A DNA stretch of 64,000 bases from Abditibacteriaceae bacterium (GTDB lineage: Bacteria > Armatimonadota > Abditibacteriia > Abditibacteriales > Abditibacteriaceae). The position numbers and the translations under genes were made by a program. The stretch covers positions 160,001 to 224,000 of the forward strand of contig OZ255721.1 in NCBI GenBank assembly GCA_965277285.1, given 5' to 3'. Below the pieces are notes generated by a model that was given only the letters and a program-made list of their open reading frames with translations, was not told the origin of the DNA and searched no databases. Below, in pieces: positions 19,801 through 29,104 of the stretch. How positions within the stretch are numbered: position 1 is the first letter of the stretch; every line of letters begins with the position of its first letter.

Positions 19801-22031
19801 ATTTGAAGTTTTACACGGAATTTCAGCGGGCTGTGAAGGAACAAGTGCCTGTGAATGCTGAAGAGTTTTTTGCGCCTCATAACGCCTGGTATGAATTTCA
19901 TGCTTACCCGGCGCCGCTGGGTTTATCGGCTTATTTCCGTGACATCACCGAACGCAAGCAAGCGGAAATCGCCTTGTCCGCCAGCGAAGCAAAGTTCCAG
20001 AACATCATGGCCAATGTGCCGGGGACGGTTTACCAATTTGTCTTGAATCCCGACGGCTCCGTGGAAATTCCTTTTGTCAATGAAAGTTGTCGAGAGCTTT
20101 TTGAAAGGGAGCCTGATGAACTACAAAGAAATCCGACCTTCCCGCTGGAAGTCATTCACCCCGCCGACCGTGCTCGAGCCGGGCGTTTGATGGCCGAATC
20201 CGCAGAAAGGCTTTTGTCCTGGAGTTGGGAAGGGCGCATCAAGCTTCCTTCGGGCAAGACCAAATGGGTGCAAGGCGCCTCGCGTCCCCAACGATTGCCC
20301 AACGGCGGCACGCTGTGGGATGGATTATTGGTAGATATTACCGCGCGCAAAGAAGCCGAAGAAGAACGCGACCGCTTCTTTACCATGTCATTGGATATGC
20401 TCAGCATTGCTGGCTTTGACGGCTATTTCAAACGCGTGAATCCAGCGTTTTTGGAAACTCTTGGCTATACCGAGGCCGAGTTGATGGAAAAACCGTCGCT
20501 GGAATTTGTGCATCCCGAAGACCGAGATGCCACATTAGCCGCTCGCAACAAGCTGTTCACGGGGGAAGGATTGGTCGGCCTGGTGAATCGCTACCTCAGC
20601 AAGGACGGCTCTTGGCGATGGTTGGAGTGGAAGTCGGTCGCGGCACTGGAAGAAGGCTTGGTTTATGCGGCAGCCCGCGACGTGACCGAGCGCAAGAAAG
20701 CTGAACAAGCGCTTCTTAAGGCCAATGATGAACTGGAATTGCATGTCATGGAGCGGACTGCCGAACTGGGAGCGGCCAACGAATCCTTGCAACTCGAACT
20801 CGCTGAACACCACAGGACAATGGAGACTTTGCGTCAAGTCGCTGAAGCGTTGCAGTTGGCCAAAGAAGAAGCTGACACGGCCAATGCAGCCAAAAGCGAA
20901 TTTTTGTCGCGCATGAGCCATGAACTGCGCACGCCGCTTAATGCTATTTTAGGCTTTGGCCAGATCCTTGATCGCCAGAATCTGACAACGCTCCAAAGCG
21001 AAAGCGTCAATCATATTCTCACTGGCGGTCGTCACCTGCTGGCGCTGGTCAATGAAATCTTGGACATCGCGCGCGTCGAAGCCGGACACAGCGAGATGTC
21101 CCTGGAGCCTGTCTCTGTACCCAATGTGGTGGCAGAGTGCTGCGCTCTGGTGCAGCCGCTGGCTCAGGCAAACCAGATACAAATCGTCAATCAATTGGTG
21201 CAGCATTCCAATGACCTCACACCGCATTATGTGATGGCGGATCGACAACGGCTCAAGCAAGTGATCCTCAACCTGCTCTCCAATGCCATCAAATACAATC
21301 GACCACAAGGAGAAGTGAAAATCTCCGTCAATCCAGTCAGTGCCGCACGCTTGCAGATACGAGTAAGTGATTCAGGGGAAGGCTTATCTTCCGAAGATGT
21401 CAAGAAACTCTTCACCCCGTTCGAGCGCCTTCATGCCGCCAATTCATCTGTTGAAGGTACAGGCCTTGGCCTGGTGATCTCCCAACGACTGGTAACGGCG
21501 ATGGGTGGGACTTTGGACGTGGAAACCTCCTCGGGACAGGGCAGCACCTTCTGGATTGAATTGCCAGCAACAAACGTTCTTTCAATGGTACCCTGCGAGT
21601 TATCGGCTCAGCAAGCTCAAGTCCGTCAGGGAGCGGAGCGCATTTACACGGTGCTTTGCATTGAAGACAATCCTTCCAACCTTCGTCTCATGGCAGCCAT
21701 TTTTAAAATGCGCCCGCAATGGACGTTGCTAACCACCACTCAGGGCAGCATGGGTCTGGACGTGGCGCGTCAGCATGAACCCGATCTGATTCTTCTCGAC
21801 CTCAATTTACCCGACATGCACGGCCAAGAAGTTTTGGCTCGCTTGCAACAATCGGCCTTGACCAGAGATATTCCGATCATTATCGTCAGTGCCGATGCCT
21901 CGTCCAGTCAAGTGGAACAATTGCTCTGCGCCGGAGCCAAAGCGTATTTGACCAAACCTCTGGATGTCGAACAGCTTTTGTCCACTTTAGAGCAGTTCCT
22001 GCAAGAAAGGCCGCATATCACTGAAAAATAA
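16812..22031 (+). CDS. Large cytoplasmic multi-PAS hybrid sensor histidine kinase with receiver domain
   Basis: About ten PAS/PAC domains, FLSRMSHELRTPLN, NLLSNAIKY, GTGLGL, receiver IEDN...LLDLNLPD...KP. AGGAG precedes ATG 16812. Confidence 0.93.
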   Translation: MDVNEQTILELRKELANAQRELASVAKLSRQEADSSKYSEARYRRLFESAPDGILIFDAVSGRIEDVNPALCQLLDDAPEDFVGKKIGGINSFRTIAANQDAFCALQEGNCIRYDDLPIETKEGRNLFVEFVGSAYVNADKKFIECNIRDNTQRKQVEGVKDFLSSIVESSEDSIVTVDLESIITSWNKSAERLYGYSALEAIGKHLTLLTLPEDLQKVLSNIDSIKHSETVEIFDSTHLNKDGRELHLEVALSPIKDSTGRVIGISTIARDIAQKQQIIEALRESEAQFRTLAEAVPQIVWITRADGYNTYFSQQWMDYTGLTLEESLGHGWNKPFHPDDQQRAWDAWQHATATIGTYSIESRLRRADGVYRWWLIRGVPLQDADGNIVKWFGTCTDIHDMKQAELKISQSNKEQRDLAERLEKEKSRLIEAQTVAKVGSWELDIATNILTWSDETYRIFEIDRDNFDASYDAFLELIHPDDRASVHDTYQESVANHVAYAMDHRLLCTNGRLKIVHERCQTFYDEHGRATRSMGTVQDITERKETEVLLEESRQRLALATESARIGIWDWDVVTNKLVWDAQMYALYGIREQDFSGAYDAWQSGLHPEDREKAEADANAALDSNSSRIFHPQFRVVWPNGEVRHIEAHAVVQRANDGSALRMIGVNWDITEREQNAEALRLSIQRFELLSRATNDAVWDWNLLTNEVWWNEAFETLFGYDRKSIEPDIESWKRRMHPEDLNKVSNGIHALIESGQQLWWDEYRFRKADGSYATIFDRGFVIRDEHQQPVRMVGSMQDVTERKQAEEALRESEEHLRFVVDASHDGIWEWEIKDGKLIWSERIYTLLGLSPEHFEPSYQTQRALIHPDDLAPFERAIEAHLETQQPYNVRLRYRRSDGTYIHILSQGKTQRDAQGQPLRMIGSFSDLSSLMQAEAEREAKSREIVTIWESMTDAFFSLDAQWCFTQINSQATQRMQWNAEELIGKNLWEVFPDAVNLKFYTEFQRAVKEQVPVNAEEFFAPHNAWYEFHAYPAPLGLSAYFRDITERKQAEIALSASEAKFQNIMANVPGTVYQFVLNPDGSVEIPFVNESCRELFEREPDELQRNPTFPLEVIHPADRARAGRLMAESAERLLSWSWEGRIKLPSGKTKWVQGASRPQRLPNGGTLWDGLLVDITARKEAEEERDRFFTMSLDMLSIAGFDGYFKRVNPAFLETLGYTEAELMEKPSLEFVHPEDRDATLAARNKLFTGEGLVGLVNRYLSKDGSWRWLEWKSVAALEEGLVYAAARDVTERKKAEQALLKANDELELHVMERTAELGAANESLQLELAEHHRTMETLRQVAEALQLAKEEADTANAAKSEFLSRMSHELRTPLNAILGFGQILDRQNLTTLQSESVNHILTGGRHLLALVNEILDIARVEAGHSEMSLEPVSVPNVVAECCALVQPLAQANQIQIVNQLVQHSNDLTPHYVMADRQRLKQVILNLLSNAIKYNRPQGEVKISVNPVSAARLQIRVSDSGEGLSSEDVKKLFTPFERLHAANSSVEGTGLGLVISQRLVTAMGGTLDVETSSGQGSTFWIELPATNVLSMVPCELSAQQAQVRQGAERIYTVLCIEDNPSNLRLMAAIFKMRPQWTLLTTTQGSMGLDVARQHEPDLILLDLNLPDMHGQEVLARLQQSALTRDIPIIIVSADASSSQVEQLLCAGAKAYLTKPLDVEQLLSTLEQFLQERPHITEK

Positions 22032-22083
22032 GTCGAAAGAATGGGCAACGATGCTGGCCGATGTGCATATCGAGTACTCATTC

Positions 22084-22839
22084 TTAAAATTGCTGCAAAA
22101 CCTTTTTCAAGTTCGTCATCGAATCGTAGTTGGTCAGTTCGACGTGCAGCGGCGTGATGGAAATAAAGCCATTTTGGATCGCCAAGATGTCGGTATCGTC
22201 GCGTTCGCTGCGGTCGATGATTTCGCCGCCGCGCCAATAATAAACGCCGACGTGCGGCGCTTCGTGGCGCGAAATATCGCCTTTGTAGCGGCGACTTCCC
22301 TGACTGGTGACACGCACGCCTTTCAATTCCTGCGACGACACGTTCGGCACGTTGACATTCAAAAACGTGTCGCGCGCCAGTTGCAGATCGGGCACTTTGG
22401 GCGCAAAGTCGCGTAGGAAATTGGTCGCACTGTCCCAATTCGGATTCGACCAATCGGCCAGCGAAATCGCCATCGCGGGAATGCCGTTCAACAAACCTTC
22501 CATGGCGCCCGCGACAGTTCCCGAATAATGCACGTCGTCGCCCAAATTCGGCCCCAGATTGATGCCGCTAATTACCAAATCGGGTTGCACATCCATCAAT
22601 TGCAATAATGCGAGCGGGACGCAATCGGCGGGCGTGCCGTTGGAAGTCCAAGCGATGCCGTCCGAAGTTTCCACGCGGTTGGCGCGCAACGGTTTATGTA
22701 ATGTGACACTGTGCGAACACGCCGAGCGAGGCCGGTCTGGAACACAAACAAATACGTCGCCGATTTCTTTCAAGGCGTTCCAGGCGGCATGAAGTCCAGG
22801 CGCATAAATGCCGTCATCGTTGGTGAGCAGAATTTGCAT
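22084..22839 (-). CDS. surE: 5'/3'-nucleotidase SurE
   Basis: ILLTNDDGIYAPG, GTPADCV, SGINLGPNLG, YSGTVAGA, ISITPL. Confidence 0.96.
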   Translation of the reverse strand: MQILLTNDDGIYAPGLHAAWNALKEIGDVFVCVPDRPRSACSHSVTLHKPLRANRVETSDGIAWTSNGTPADCVPLALLQLMDVQPDLVISGINLGPNLGDDVHYSGTVAGAMEGLLNGIPAMAISLADWSNPNWDSATNFLRDFAPKVPDLQLARDTFLNVNVPNVSSQELKGVRVTSQGSRRYKGDISRHEAPHVGVYYWRGGEIIDRSERDDTDILAIQNGFISITPLHVELTNYDSMTNLKKVLQQF

Positions 22840-22944
22840 GAGTTGGGTTTAATCCAAAAGTGTGCGCCGCGCTATATAATTGCAACATAATTGCAACGGA
22901 TTCCGCATTTTTCCGCCTTTATTTAAGCGATTCTTCAACTTCTT

Positions 22945-23907
22945 ATGAGCGCCTTATCGAGTACTCGAACTGCCGCAGAAAACAGTGAAACACCGTCAGC
23001 ATGGAGCGACGCGCCACCCTTTGCTTCGCCCTGGTTCTGGCTGGCGTGCTTGCTCGTCTTGAAACTGGTCGCGCCGTTTGTGCCGGTTCCGAACTTTGTA
23101 GTCGCGGTCGTCACGAGCGTGCTTTTCACGATTGCTTATGTCGTCACGGTCGTGATGTTTGTAGCGCAAATGCTGCGGCGCCCGATGACTTTGGTGCAGA
23201 GAATCGCGTTTCTCGTCCTCGCGTTGGGTTTGTGGAGCGCGCTCAGTTTCGGCGCGGCGCCGGTTTTAGGAAGCGCATTCAGGGCAGCGAACCATCAGCC
23301 GGGCGCAAGTTTGCTGTTTTTCGCCAACATCCTGAGTGTCGCAACGGATGCGAGTTTGTTATGCGCGGCGGCATTGGGCGGAAGTCTGGTGGCACAAATG
23401 ATTTCGTCGCCGAACTTGCTTGGTCCTTTGTGCGGATTGCTGGCGATGCTGGATGTCTGGTTCGTTTTGTTTCAGGGCATCGCTTCGCAAATGATAAAAA
23501 GCGCGCCCGCTTACGCCGCCAAAGTGACAGCCGCCGCGCCTGCTGTAGGAGCCGCGGCGCGCTCGCATTTCGCGGTTTCTTCAGTTGGCATCGGCGCGGC
23601 GGATTACCTTTTTATCGGGTTTTTCTTCGCCATTATGCACCGCTTTGGCATGAATTGGCGCGCTTCGACCAAATGGATGATCATGCTGATTTCCGGCGCC
23701 TTGCTCGCAGTCATGGCAAATTTTGGCGCCTTGCCCGGATTGTTGTTTATCGGATTGGGCGCGGCGATTCCGAATTGGAAGTTCTTCGAGTACTCGAAAG
23801 AAGAAAAACTGGCCTTGATGCAAGCAGGCGGCTTCGTCATTTTGATGACAATCGGGATTTATTTCGCGCAACCGTTCATCATCGCGCGCATGCAGCAAGT
23901 GAAATAA
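22945..23907 (+). CDS. Multi-pass membrane protein, possibly GxGD-peptidase-like
   Basis: Eight or nine hydrophobic segments; LDVWFV and IGAADYLF loosely resemble intramembrane aspartic-peptidase motifs. Confidence 0.65.
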   Translation: MSALSSTRTAAENSETPSAWSDAPPFASPWFWLACLLVLKLVAPFVPVPNFVVAVVTSVLFTIAYVVTVVMFVAQMLRRPMTLVQRIAFLVLALGLWSALSFGAAPVLGSAFRAANHQPGASLLFFANILSVATDASLLCAAALGGSLVAQMISSPNLLGPLCGLLAMLDVWFVLFQGIASQMIKSAPAYAAKVTAAAPAVGAAARSHFAVSSVGIGAADYLFIGFFFAIMHRFGMNWRASTKWMIMLISGALLAVMANFGALPGLLFIGLGAAIPNWKFFEYSKEEKLALMQAGGFVILMTIGIYFAQPFIIARMQQVK

Positions 23908-23910
23908 CTT

Positions 23911-24969
23911 TCACTTCTGGCCGTATTCGAGCACGGTCACAGTGCCATCGACAAGCTGGCGACGCCACGGCTGCTCGGCGCCAGGCACGGCAGGCAAAAA
24001 TTGCGCGGCGATGGTGAAAACGTGGTGCGTTTTAGAATCCAGAGTCATGGTGCGGGCGCCAGTTTGCGTGGGAATCGTTCCAACTAAGGCGTAATGATCG
24101 GGATCGGTTTGATGAAAAATTGTCAGCGTGCCGTCTCGACCATTGGGGCTAAAGACCAAACGTTTTTTCGGGTCGTAATTAGTGGCGTCCGGGCCATTGC
24201 CGATGGTTGGACTGGCCACGACTTGTCCGTTGTCGGTGTTCAGTACGATCATCTTCTGGTTGTCACAGACAGCGAAAAGACGATGATTCTTGGCGTCGAT
24301 GGTCAATCCCGATGGTCCGTCGCCGGGAGCAATCGGCCAAATGTGATCAATCTTCAAAGTCTCGGCATTGATGGCGACGATCTCACTTTTGTCTTCGATG
24401 TTATCGTAAATTTCGCCGTGTCCATCAGTCGCGGCGAATTCGGGGCGCCCGGGCAGCGCGATTGTGCCGATGACAAAGCCCGTAGACGCATCCAGGGCGG
24501 TGATGCTTTGCGCGCGCCCGTTAAAAGTGAAAACGCGGCGAGAATACGGCTCGAACAAAATGGCGTCCGGCCCTTCGCCAACTGTCGTTTCGCCAACTTT
24601 CTTCAGAGTTTTAAGGTCGAAAATCGTCACGCTGTTGCTGCGCCCGTTGCTGGTAAAACCACGTCCACCGGCGGAATCAATCGCAATGCCATGAACGCCG
24701 GATGTGTTGGGAACATCGCCCACGATTTGGCCGCTGTCCGCATCAATGACCGTGACGTGCGTCGAACGCGAAATATAAAGGCGGCGCGCTTTTGCATCGA
24801 GCGAGAGATAATCCCAGCCTTCGGCGCCCGTCAGTGGAATTTTCTTGAGCAGATGATACGCTGCTGTATCAGCGTGAGCCGTGCGACATACAACAGCCGA
24901 AGAGCCAAGCAAAGCCGCCATCGAAAAAGCGACGGCGGAGTTCGACAAACGACGAGAAACACGTTTCAT
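23911..24969 (-). CDS. Secreted YncE/YVTN-type beta-propeller protein
   Basis: Signal peptide; GWDYL, GVHGIA, VGEGPDAI, GARTM repeats. Confidence 0.85.
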   Translation of the reverse strand: MKRVSRRLSNSAVAFSMAALLGSSAVVCRTAHADTAAYHLLKKIPLTGAEGWDYLSLDAKARRLYISRSTHVTVIDADSGQIVGDVPNTSGVHGIAIDSAGGRGFTSNGRSNSVTIFDLKTLKKVGETTVGEGPDAILFEPYSRRVFTFNGRAQSITALDASTGFVIGTIALPGRPEFAATDGHGEIYDNIEDKSEIVAINAETLKIDHIWPIAPGDGPSGLTIDAKNHRLFAVCDNQKMIVLNTDNGQVVASPTIGNGPDATNYDPKKRLVFSPNGRDGTLTIFHQTDPDHYALVGTIPTQTGARTMTLDSKTHHVFTIAAQFLPAVPGAEQPWRRQLVDGTVTVLEYGQK

Positions 24970-25000
24970 AGAAAATACAACCTTTGAAAAATTGGAACTG

Positions 25001-25079
25001 AACCACAGAGACACAGAGAAGAAAAAGAGTTTGCTTCGAGTACTCGATTTCTCTCTGTGTCCTCTGTGCCTCTGTGGTT
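25001..25079. repeat. AACCACAGAG-type REP-like inverted repeat with a TCGAGTACTCGA copy in its loop
   Basis: AACCACAGAGACACAGAGA ... TCTCTGTGTCCTCTGTGCCTCTGTGGTT. Confidence 0.75.
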
Positions 25080-25084
25080 AAAAG

Positions 25085-26011
25085 TTACTTGGACAAAACC
25101 TGAAAATCTTCGCCCGCGTGATACGAACTGCGCACAAATGGGCCAGAAGCAACCAGCGAAAACCCAATTTCTTCGCCTATCGCTTTCAATTCGGCGAACT
25201 CGTCGGGATGGTAGTACTTTTGAACCGCCAGATGGCGCGGCGTCGGGCGCAGATATTGTCCCATCGTCACGAAATCCACGTCGTGCGCTTTCAAGTCGCG
25301 CAAGGTTTCGACAATTTCGTCTTTGGTTTCGCCCAAACCCGTCATCAAGCCGCTTTTGGTTTTAATGCGCGGATCAAACGCTTTCACGTCTTTCAACAAT
25401 TGCAGGCTGCGCTCATATTTCGAGCCACGCCGCGCCACGTTGTAAAGTCGGGGCACGGTTTCGATGTTGTGATTGTAAACGTGCGGACGTTCGGCTGCGA
25501 CGCGCAGATAATCGTCTTTCTTGCCACGAAAATCGGGCGTCAAAACTTCGATTTGCGCATTATCGAGTACTCGATTGACTTCGCGCAGAACGTTCACCCA
25601 GTGCGCGCTGCCACCGTCCGGCAAATCGTCGCGGTCAACGCTGGTGATGACGACGTATTTCAAGCCCAAGCGTAAAGCGGCTTCTGCGACGCGTTGCGGT
25701 TCCGTAATGTCGAGTGCCAAAGGTTTGGCGGTAGCGACGTTGCAAAAGGCGCAGGCGCGCGTGCATTTGTCGCCGCCGATCATAAAGGTTGCGGTTTTGT
25801 GGCTCCAGCATTCGCCGATGTTAGGACAGCGCGCTTCCTCGCAAACCGTGACGATGCGCAGTTCGCTGAGAAGTTCGCTGGTTGGCGCCGTCTGCCGCGC
25901 TTTGCCACTTTTGGCGCGCAGCCATTCGGGAAGTTTCGGCTGTCCCAAAGGCGTTCCATTCAAGTTTGGCGAAGAGGTTTGTGTGAGTGATTCGAGAGGA
26001 ATGAGTTGCAC
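25085..26011 (-). CDS. lipA: Lipoyl synthase
   Basis: CEEARCPNIGEC auxiliary cluster motif, CTRACAFC radical SAM motif, terminal RSSY. Confidence 0.96.
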   Translation of the reverse strand: MQLIPLESLTQTSSPNLNGTPLGQPKLPEWLRAKSGKARQTAPTSELLSELRIVTVCEEARCPNIGECWSHKTATFMIGGDKCTRACAFCNVATAKPLALDITEPQRVAEAALRLGLKYVVITSVDRDDLPDGGSAHWVNVLREVNRVLDNAQIEVLTPDFRGKKDDYLRVAAERPHVYNHNIETVPRLYNVARRGSKYERSLQLLKDVKAFDPRIKTKSGLMTGLGETKDEIVETLRDLKAHDVDFVTMGQYLRPTPRHLAVQKYYHPDEFAELKAIGEEIGFSLVASGPFVRSSYHAGEDFQVLSK

Positions 26012-26037
26012 GGAATAAGTATAAACGAACTGACACC

Positions 26038-26105
26038 AACGAACCCGAAGCGTTAACGAGGGAGATGATGTAGGAAATCTCCCTCGCTAACGCTTCGGGT
26101 TCGTT
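26038..26105. repeat. ACGAACCCGAAGCGT REP-like inverted repeat
   Basis: AACGAACCCGAAGCGTTAACGAGGGAGAT ... ATCTCCCTCGCTAACGCTTCGGGTTCGTT. Confidence 0.85.
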
Positions 26106-26110
26106 GAACA

Positions 26111-26863
26111 TTACACGCGCAAAATCAAAATCGCCCAGATCACGTGAATCGCCGCGTGCGTCAGAAACGGCGCGAGAAAAGATTTCTGGCGCCACGCGAC
26201 CGTTCCGAAAATCAATCCGCCCACAAACGACGCATAAAATTCCGGCATCGGTTTGCCCCAATGCGCCAGGCCAAACAACGCGGCTTGCAGCGGAATCGCC
26301 ACGAACGGCGCCCATTTGTCGGGAAACGCTTGCGCCGTGCCGAACAACAAAAAGCCGCGAAAAAACCATTCCCAACAAAACATCCATACCACGAGCGACA
26401 ACAAAAGCGCGCCTAAACTCACATCTGCTGACGAGGGGAAATATTGCGTTTGATAAAAGGTCCGAGTACTCGATTCGCGCGCGGCGAAGGCCAGAACAGG
26501 CAGCATCGCAACAATCATAATTGTGGATAGCTTCAAATCGGTTTTCCAGTTGCGCACGTTCCAGCCATAGTTCCAGGCATTGAGCGCCTGATTTTTCAGG
26601 TACGGAACATGGCGAATCGTTTGCGCGAAGAACAGCCAAACGATGCCCAGCGGCAAAACCAGGTTGGTGATGACGGCCAATTGAATCCAGCGCATCCAAT
26701 TCGCGTGCGTGTCGATGTGAGAATGCGCTTGCGACCACAACAGCAAAGTGCCGGCGAGCACGGCAAAAATCGCGCGCAACTGCAACGAAGTCGGCGTATC
26801 GTCCCATTCCTGGTCGATTTCAGGTTCAAGTTCGTCGGCGGAAACAACAGAAGAATCGGTCAT
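26111..26863 (-). CDS. CPBP (Abi/CAAX-type) intramembrane metalloprotease
   Basis: WEWFFRG, FGLAH, THAAIH motifs in a multi-TM protein. Confidence 0.85.
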   Translation of the reverse strand: MTDSSVVSADELEPEIDQEWDDTPTSLQLRAIFAVLAGTLLLWSQAHSHIDTHANWMRWIQLAVITNLVLPLGIVWLFFAQTIRHVPYLKNQALNAWNYGWNVRNWKTDLKLSTIMIVAMLPVLAFAARESSTRTFYQTQYFPSSADVSLGALLLSLVVWMFCWEWFFRGFLLFGTAQAFPDKWAPFVAIPLQAALFGLAHWGKPMPEFYASFVGGLIFGTVAWRQKSFLAPFLTHAAIHVIWAILILRV

Positions 26864-27196
26864 GTTTGCAATTTTTCGAGATTAGAAACGAATAGAGATT
26901 GAGCGAGATGAACTTTTGATTTTGTTTGGATATACCATAACACGCAGCCAAGTCGAGCCGTCAGCGAATATCCGATCAGGCCGCAAAACGCCGCGATTCC
27001 ATGGACTTAATTTTATAGAACTTTGCAATAAGATCGTTAAACGGCTTTCTTTGGACGCTTAAAAGTTGTTGTTGAAAACCAAACGTGGCGTAATCGAGTA
27101 CTCGATTGCCGCACTTTTCTTTTTCAACGCGGTTTCGTTCTTGCTAAAACGGCGCTTCAACATTGGTTTGAAATTGCTGCTTGAGAAAGGAATGTC

Positions 27197-28540
27197 ATGA
27201 ACGAAGAACGTAAAGAAGAACTCCAGCCACCAAACAATCTTTCGCGCCGCCAATTTTTGCAGACGACGGGGCAAGGCTTGCTTGTCGTCGGAGTTGGCGC
27301 CGGAATCGGAACGGAAATGATGCGTGGCGCACAAGCACAAACTTATCCCGCGACCGCTTCATCGACTTCGCCTGCCGATATTGCGCTGTCGCAAAAACCG
27401 ATTGCTTTGCCGCCATTTACGGCGTCGACCGAAAGGCTACCAGCCAAAGCGCCTTTGCCCTTGCCGCCTCAGTCGCGTGTTGGTTTCGCGGTTGTCGGGC
27501 TGGGAAATCTGGCGCTGACGCAGATTTTGCCCGCTTTCGCGCAAAGCAAAAAAGCTCGATTAACGGCTCTCGTCAGCGGCGATACGAGCAAAGCGCGCGA
27601 AGTCGCCGTGCAATATGGCGTTCCAGAAAACGGACTTTACAATTATCAAAATTACGATCATTTGCGCGATAATCCCGATGTGCAAGTAATTTACATTGTG
27701 CTGCCCAATTCGATGCACGCTGAATACACGGTTCGCGGCGCGCAAGCGGGCAAACATATTTTGTGCGAAAAACCGATGGCGACTTCGCCTGGGGAAGCGC
27801 AGACAATGATCGACGCTTGCAAAAACGCCAATCGCAAATTGATGATCGCGTATCGCATTCAATACGAGCCGCACAATCGCCTGGCGCGAAAGTGGGTGCG
27901 CACGCAGCAATATGGCGCGGTAAAACTGATCGAATCGGTCAACGGGCAAAATCAGGGCGATCCGAATCAGTGGCGCCAGAAAAAGTCGCTCGCGGGCGGC
28001 GGTTCCTTGCCGGATGTCGGTTTATATTGCCTGAACACGATTCGCGCTTTGACGGGCGAGGAACCGAACGAAATTTTCGCTTCGATTTACAGCACGCCGA
28101 ACGATCCACGTTTCCGCGAAGTCGAGGAAAGTGTGACTTGGCAGATGCGCTTTCCGTCGGGACTTTTGGCCAATTGCGCCACGAGTTACGGCTTCCACGA
28201 AGATCGTCGCTATCGCGTTCACGCCGAGCGCGGCTGGTTCGGGCTGGATCCTGCGTTTTCCTACAGCGGCTTGCAAATGCAATTGTCGTATGCGCAGGAC
28301 GACATCGAGTTTCGCCAGACGCCGCAAATCGAAGAGAAAAACCAGTTCGCGCTCGAACTCGATCACATGGCCGATTGCGTGATAAATAACCGACAGCCGC
28401 ACACGCCCGGCGAAGAAGGCTTGCAAGACCAGAAGCTGATGGCCGCGATTTATGAATCGGCGCGTAATAATCGCCCCGTCAAATTGCCGACGCTCGACGG
28501 GCGGGATTTATTCCGTGGCCCGCAACCGAGTGAAATGTGA
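27197..28540 (+). CDS. Tat-exported Gfo/Idh/MocA oxidoreductase (glucose-fructose oxidoreductase-like)
   Basis: SRRQFL twin-arginine signal, VGLGNL, CEKPMA, GGGSLPDVGLY. Confidence 0.9.
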   Translation: MNEERKEELQPPNNLSRRQFLQTTGQGLLVVGVGAGIGTEMMRGAQAQTYPATASSTSPADIALSQKPIALPPFTASTERLPAKAPLPLPPQSRVGFAVVGLGNLALTQILPAFAQSKKARLTALVSGDTSKAREVAVQYGVPENGLYNYQNYDHLRDNPDVQVIYIVLPNSMHAEYTVRGAQAGKHILCEKPMATSPGEAQTMIDACKNANRKLMIAYRIQYEPHNRLARKWVRTQQYGAVKLIESVNGQNQGDPNQWRQKKSLAGGGSLPDVGLYCLNTIRALTGEEPNEIFASIYSTPNDPRFREVEESVTWQMRFPSGLLANCATSYGFHEDRRYRVHAERGWFGLDPAFSYSGLQMQLSYAQDDIEFRQTPQIEEKNQFALELDHMADCVINNRQPHTPGEEGLQDQKLMAAIYESARNNRPVKLPTLDGRDLFRGPQPSEM

Positions 28541-28552
28541 CACGACAACAGC

Positions 28553-28588
28553 AAAGCGGCGCTATCGAGTACTCGATAGCGCCGCTTT
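28553..28588. terminator. Perfect 36-bp palindrome (terminator-like) centred on TCGAGTACTCGA
   Basis: AAAGCGGCGCTA-TCGAGTACTCGA-TAGCGCCGCTTT between convergent genes, followed by a T-rich tract. Confidence 0.8.
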
Positions 28589-28640
28589 TGGTTTTTAGCT
28601 GCAAAGAAATTTGTGCTTCAAAGTTTATCCCCTCAGCAGA

Positions 28641-28982
28641 CTACAAGGTTTTGGAATAGCGATAAATTTGAAAGGCTGGAATGAGCACCAGCAAGACGGG
28701 AAGAACGGCAACAATTGCGGTCAGCGTTTGGTGGCTGTGCAAAGGCAGGAAAAACGTCGCCAGGCCGAACGCCATCATCACGCCTGCCCACAGCATCATT
28801 TGCTTGGCGCCGTAGCGATTCATCTTGAACCAGTTTTCGTCCGACTCGAACGACTTGGCCAGACGAATGCCATAAAGCGCGTTCGGCTTGATTTGTCCTT
28901 TGAGCAAGGGCAAACAGACGGCGATAATGAGCGCACCGGATAATATCAGCGCCAGCCCAATAGTCAGGTTTTCGCTTGGCAT
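28641..28982 (-). CDS. SdpI-family membrane protein
   Basis: IKPNALYGIR...SDENWFKMNRYGA and three TM segments. Confidence 0.8.
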   Translation of the reverse strand: MPSENLTIGLALILSGALIIAVCLPLLKGQIKPNALYGIRLAKSFESDENWFKMNRYGAKQMMLWAGVMMAFGLATFFLPLHSHQTLTAIVAVLPVLLVLIPAFQIYRYSKTL

Positions 28983-29104
28983 TATAAGTCTCCTGAAACA
29001 ACAATGTCGCAATTATCGCGCGTCTTCAAACGGTACGCAACCAACGACGCCACTAAATAACCCGCACCACTGGTTATTTAGCGAAAAGCGCTTCATGGAT
29101 GTTG

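Noticed and set aside
5498..22031. Prophage or integrative element inserted at the tRNA-like genes
   Set aside because: No integrase, transposase or phage genes, and no duplicated tRNA 3' end (att site) was found in the window.
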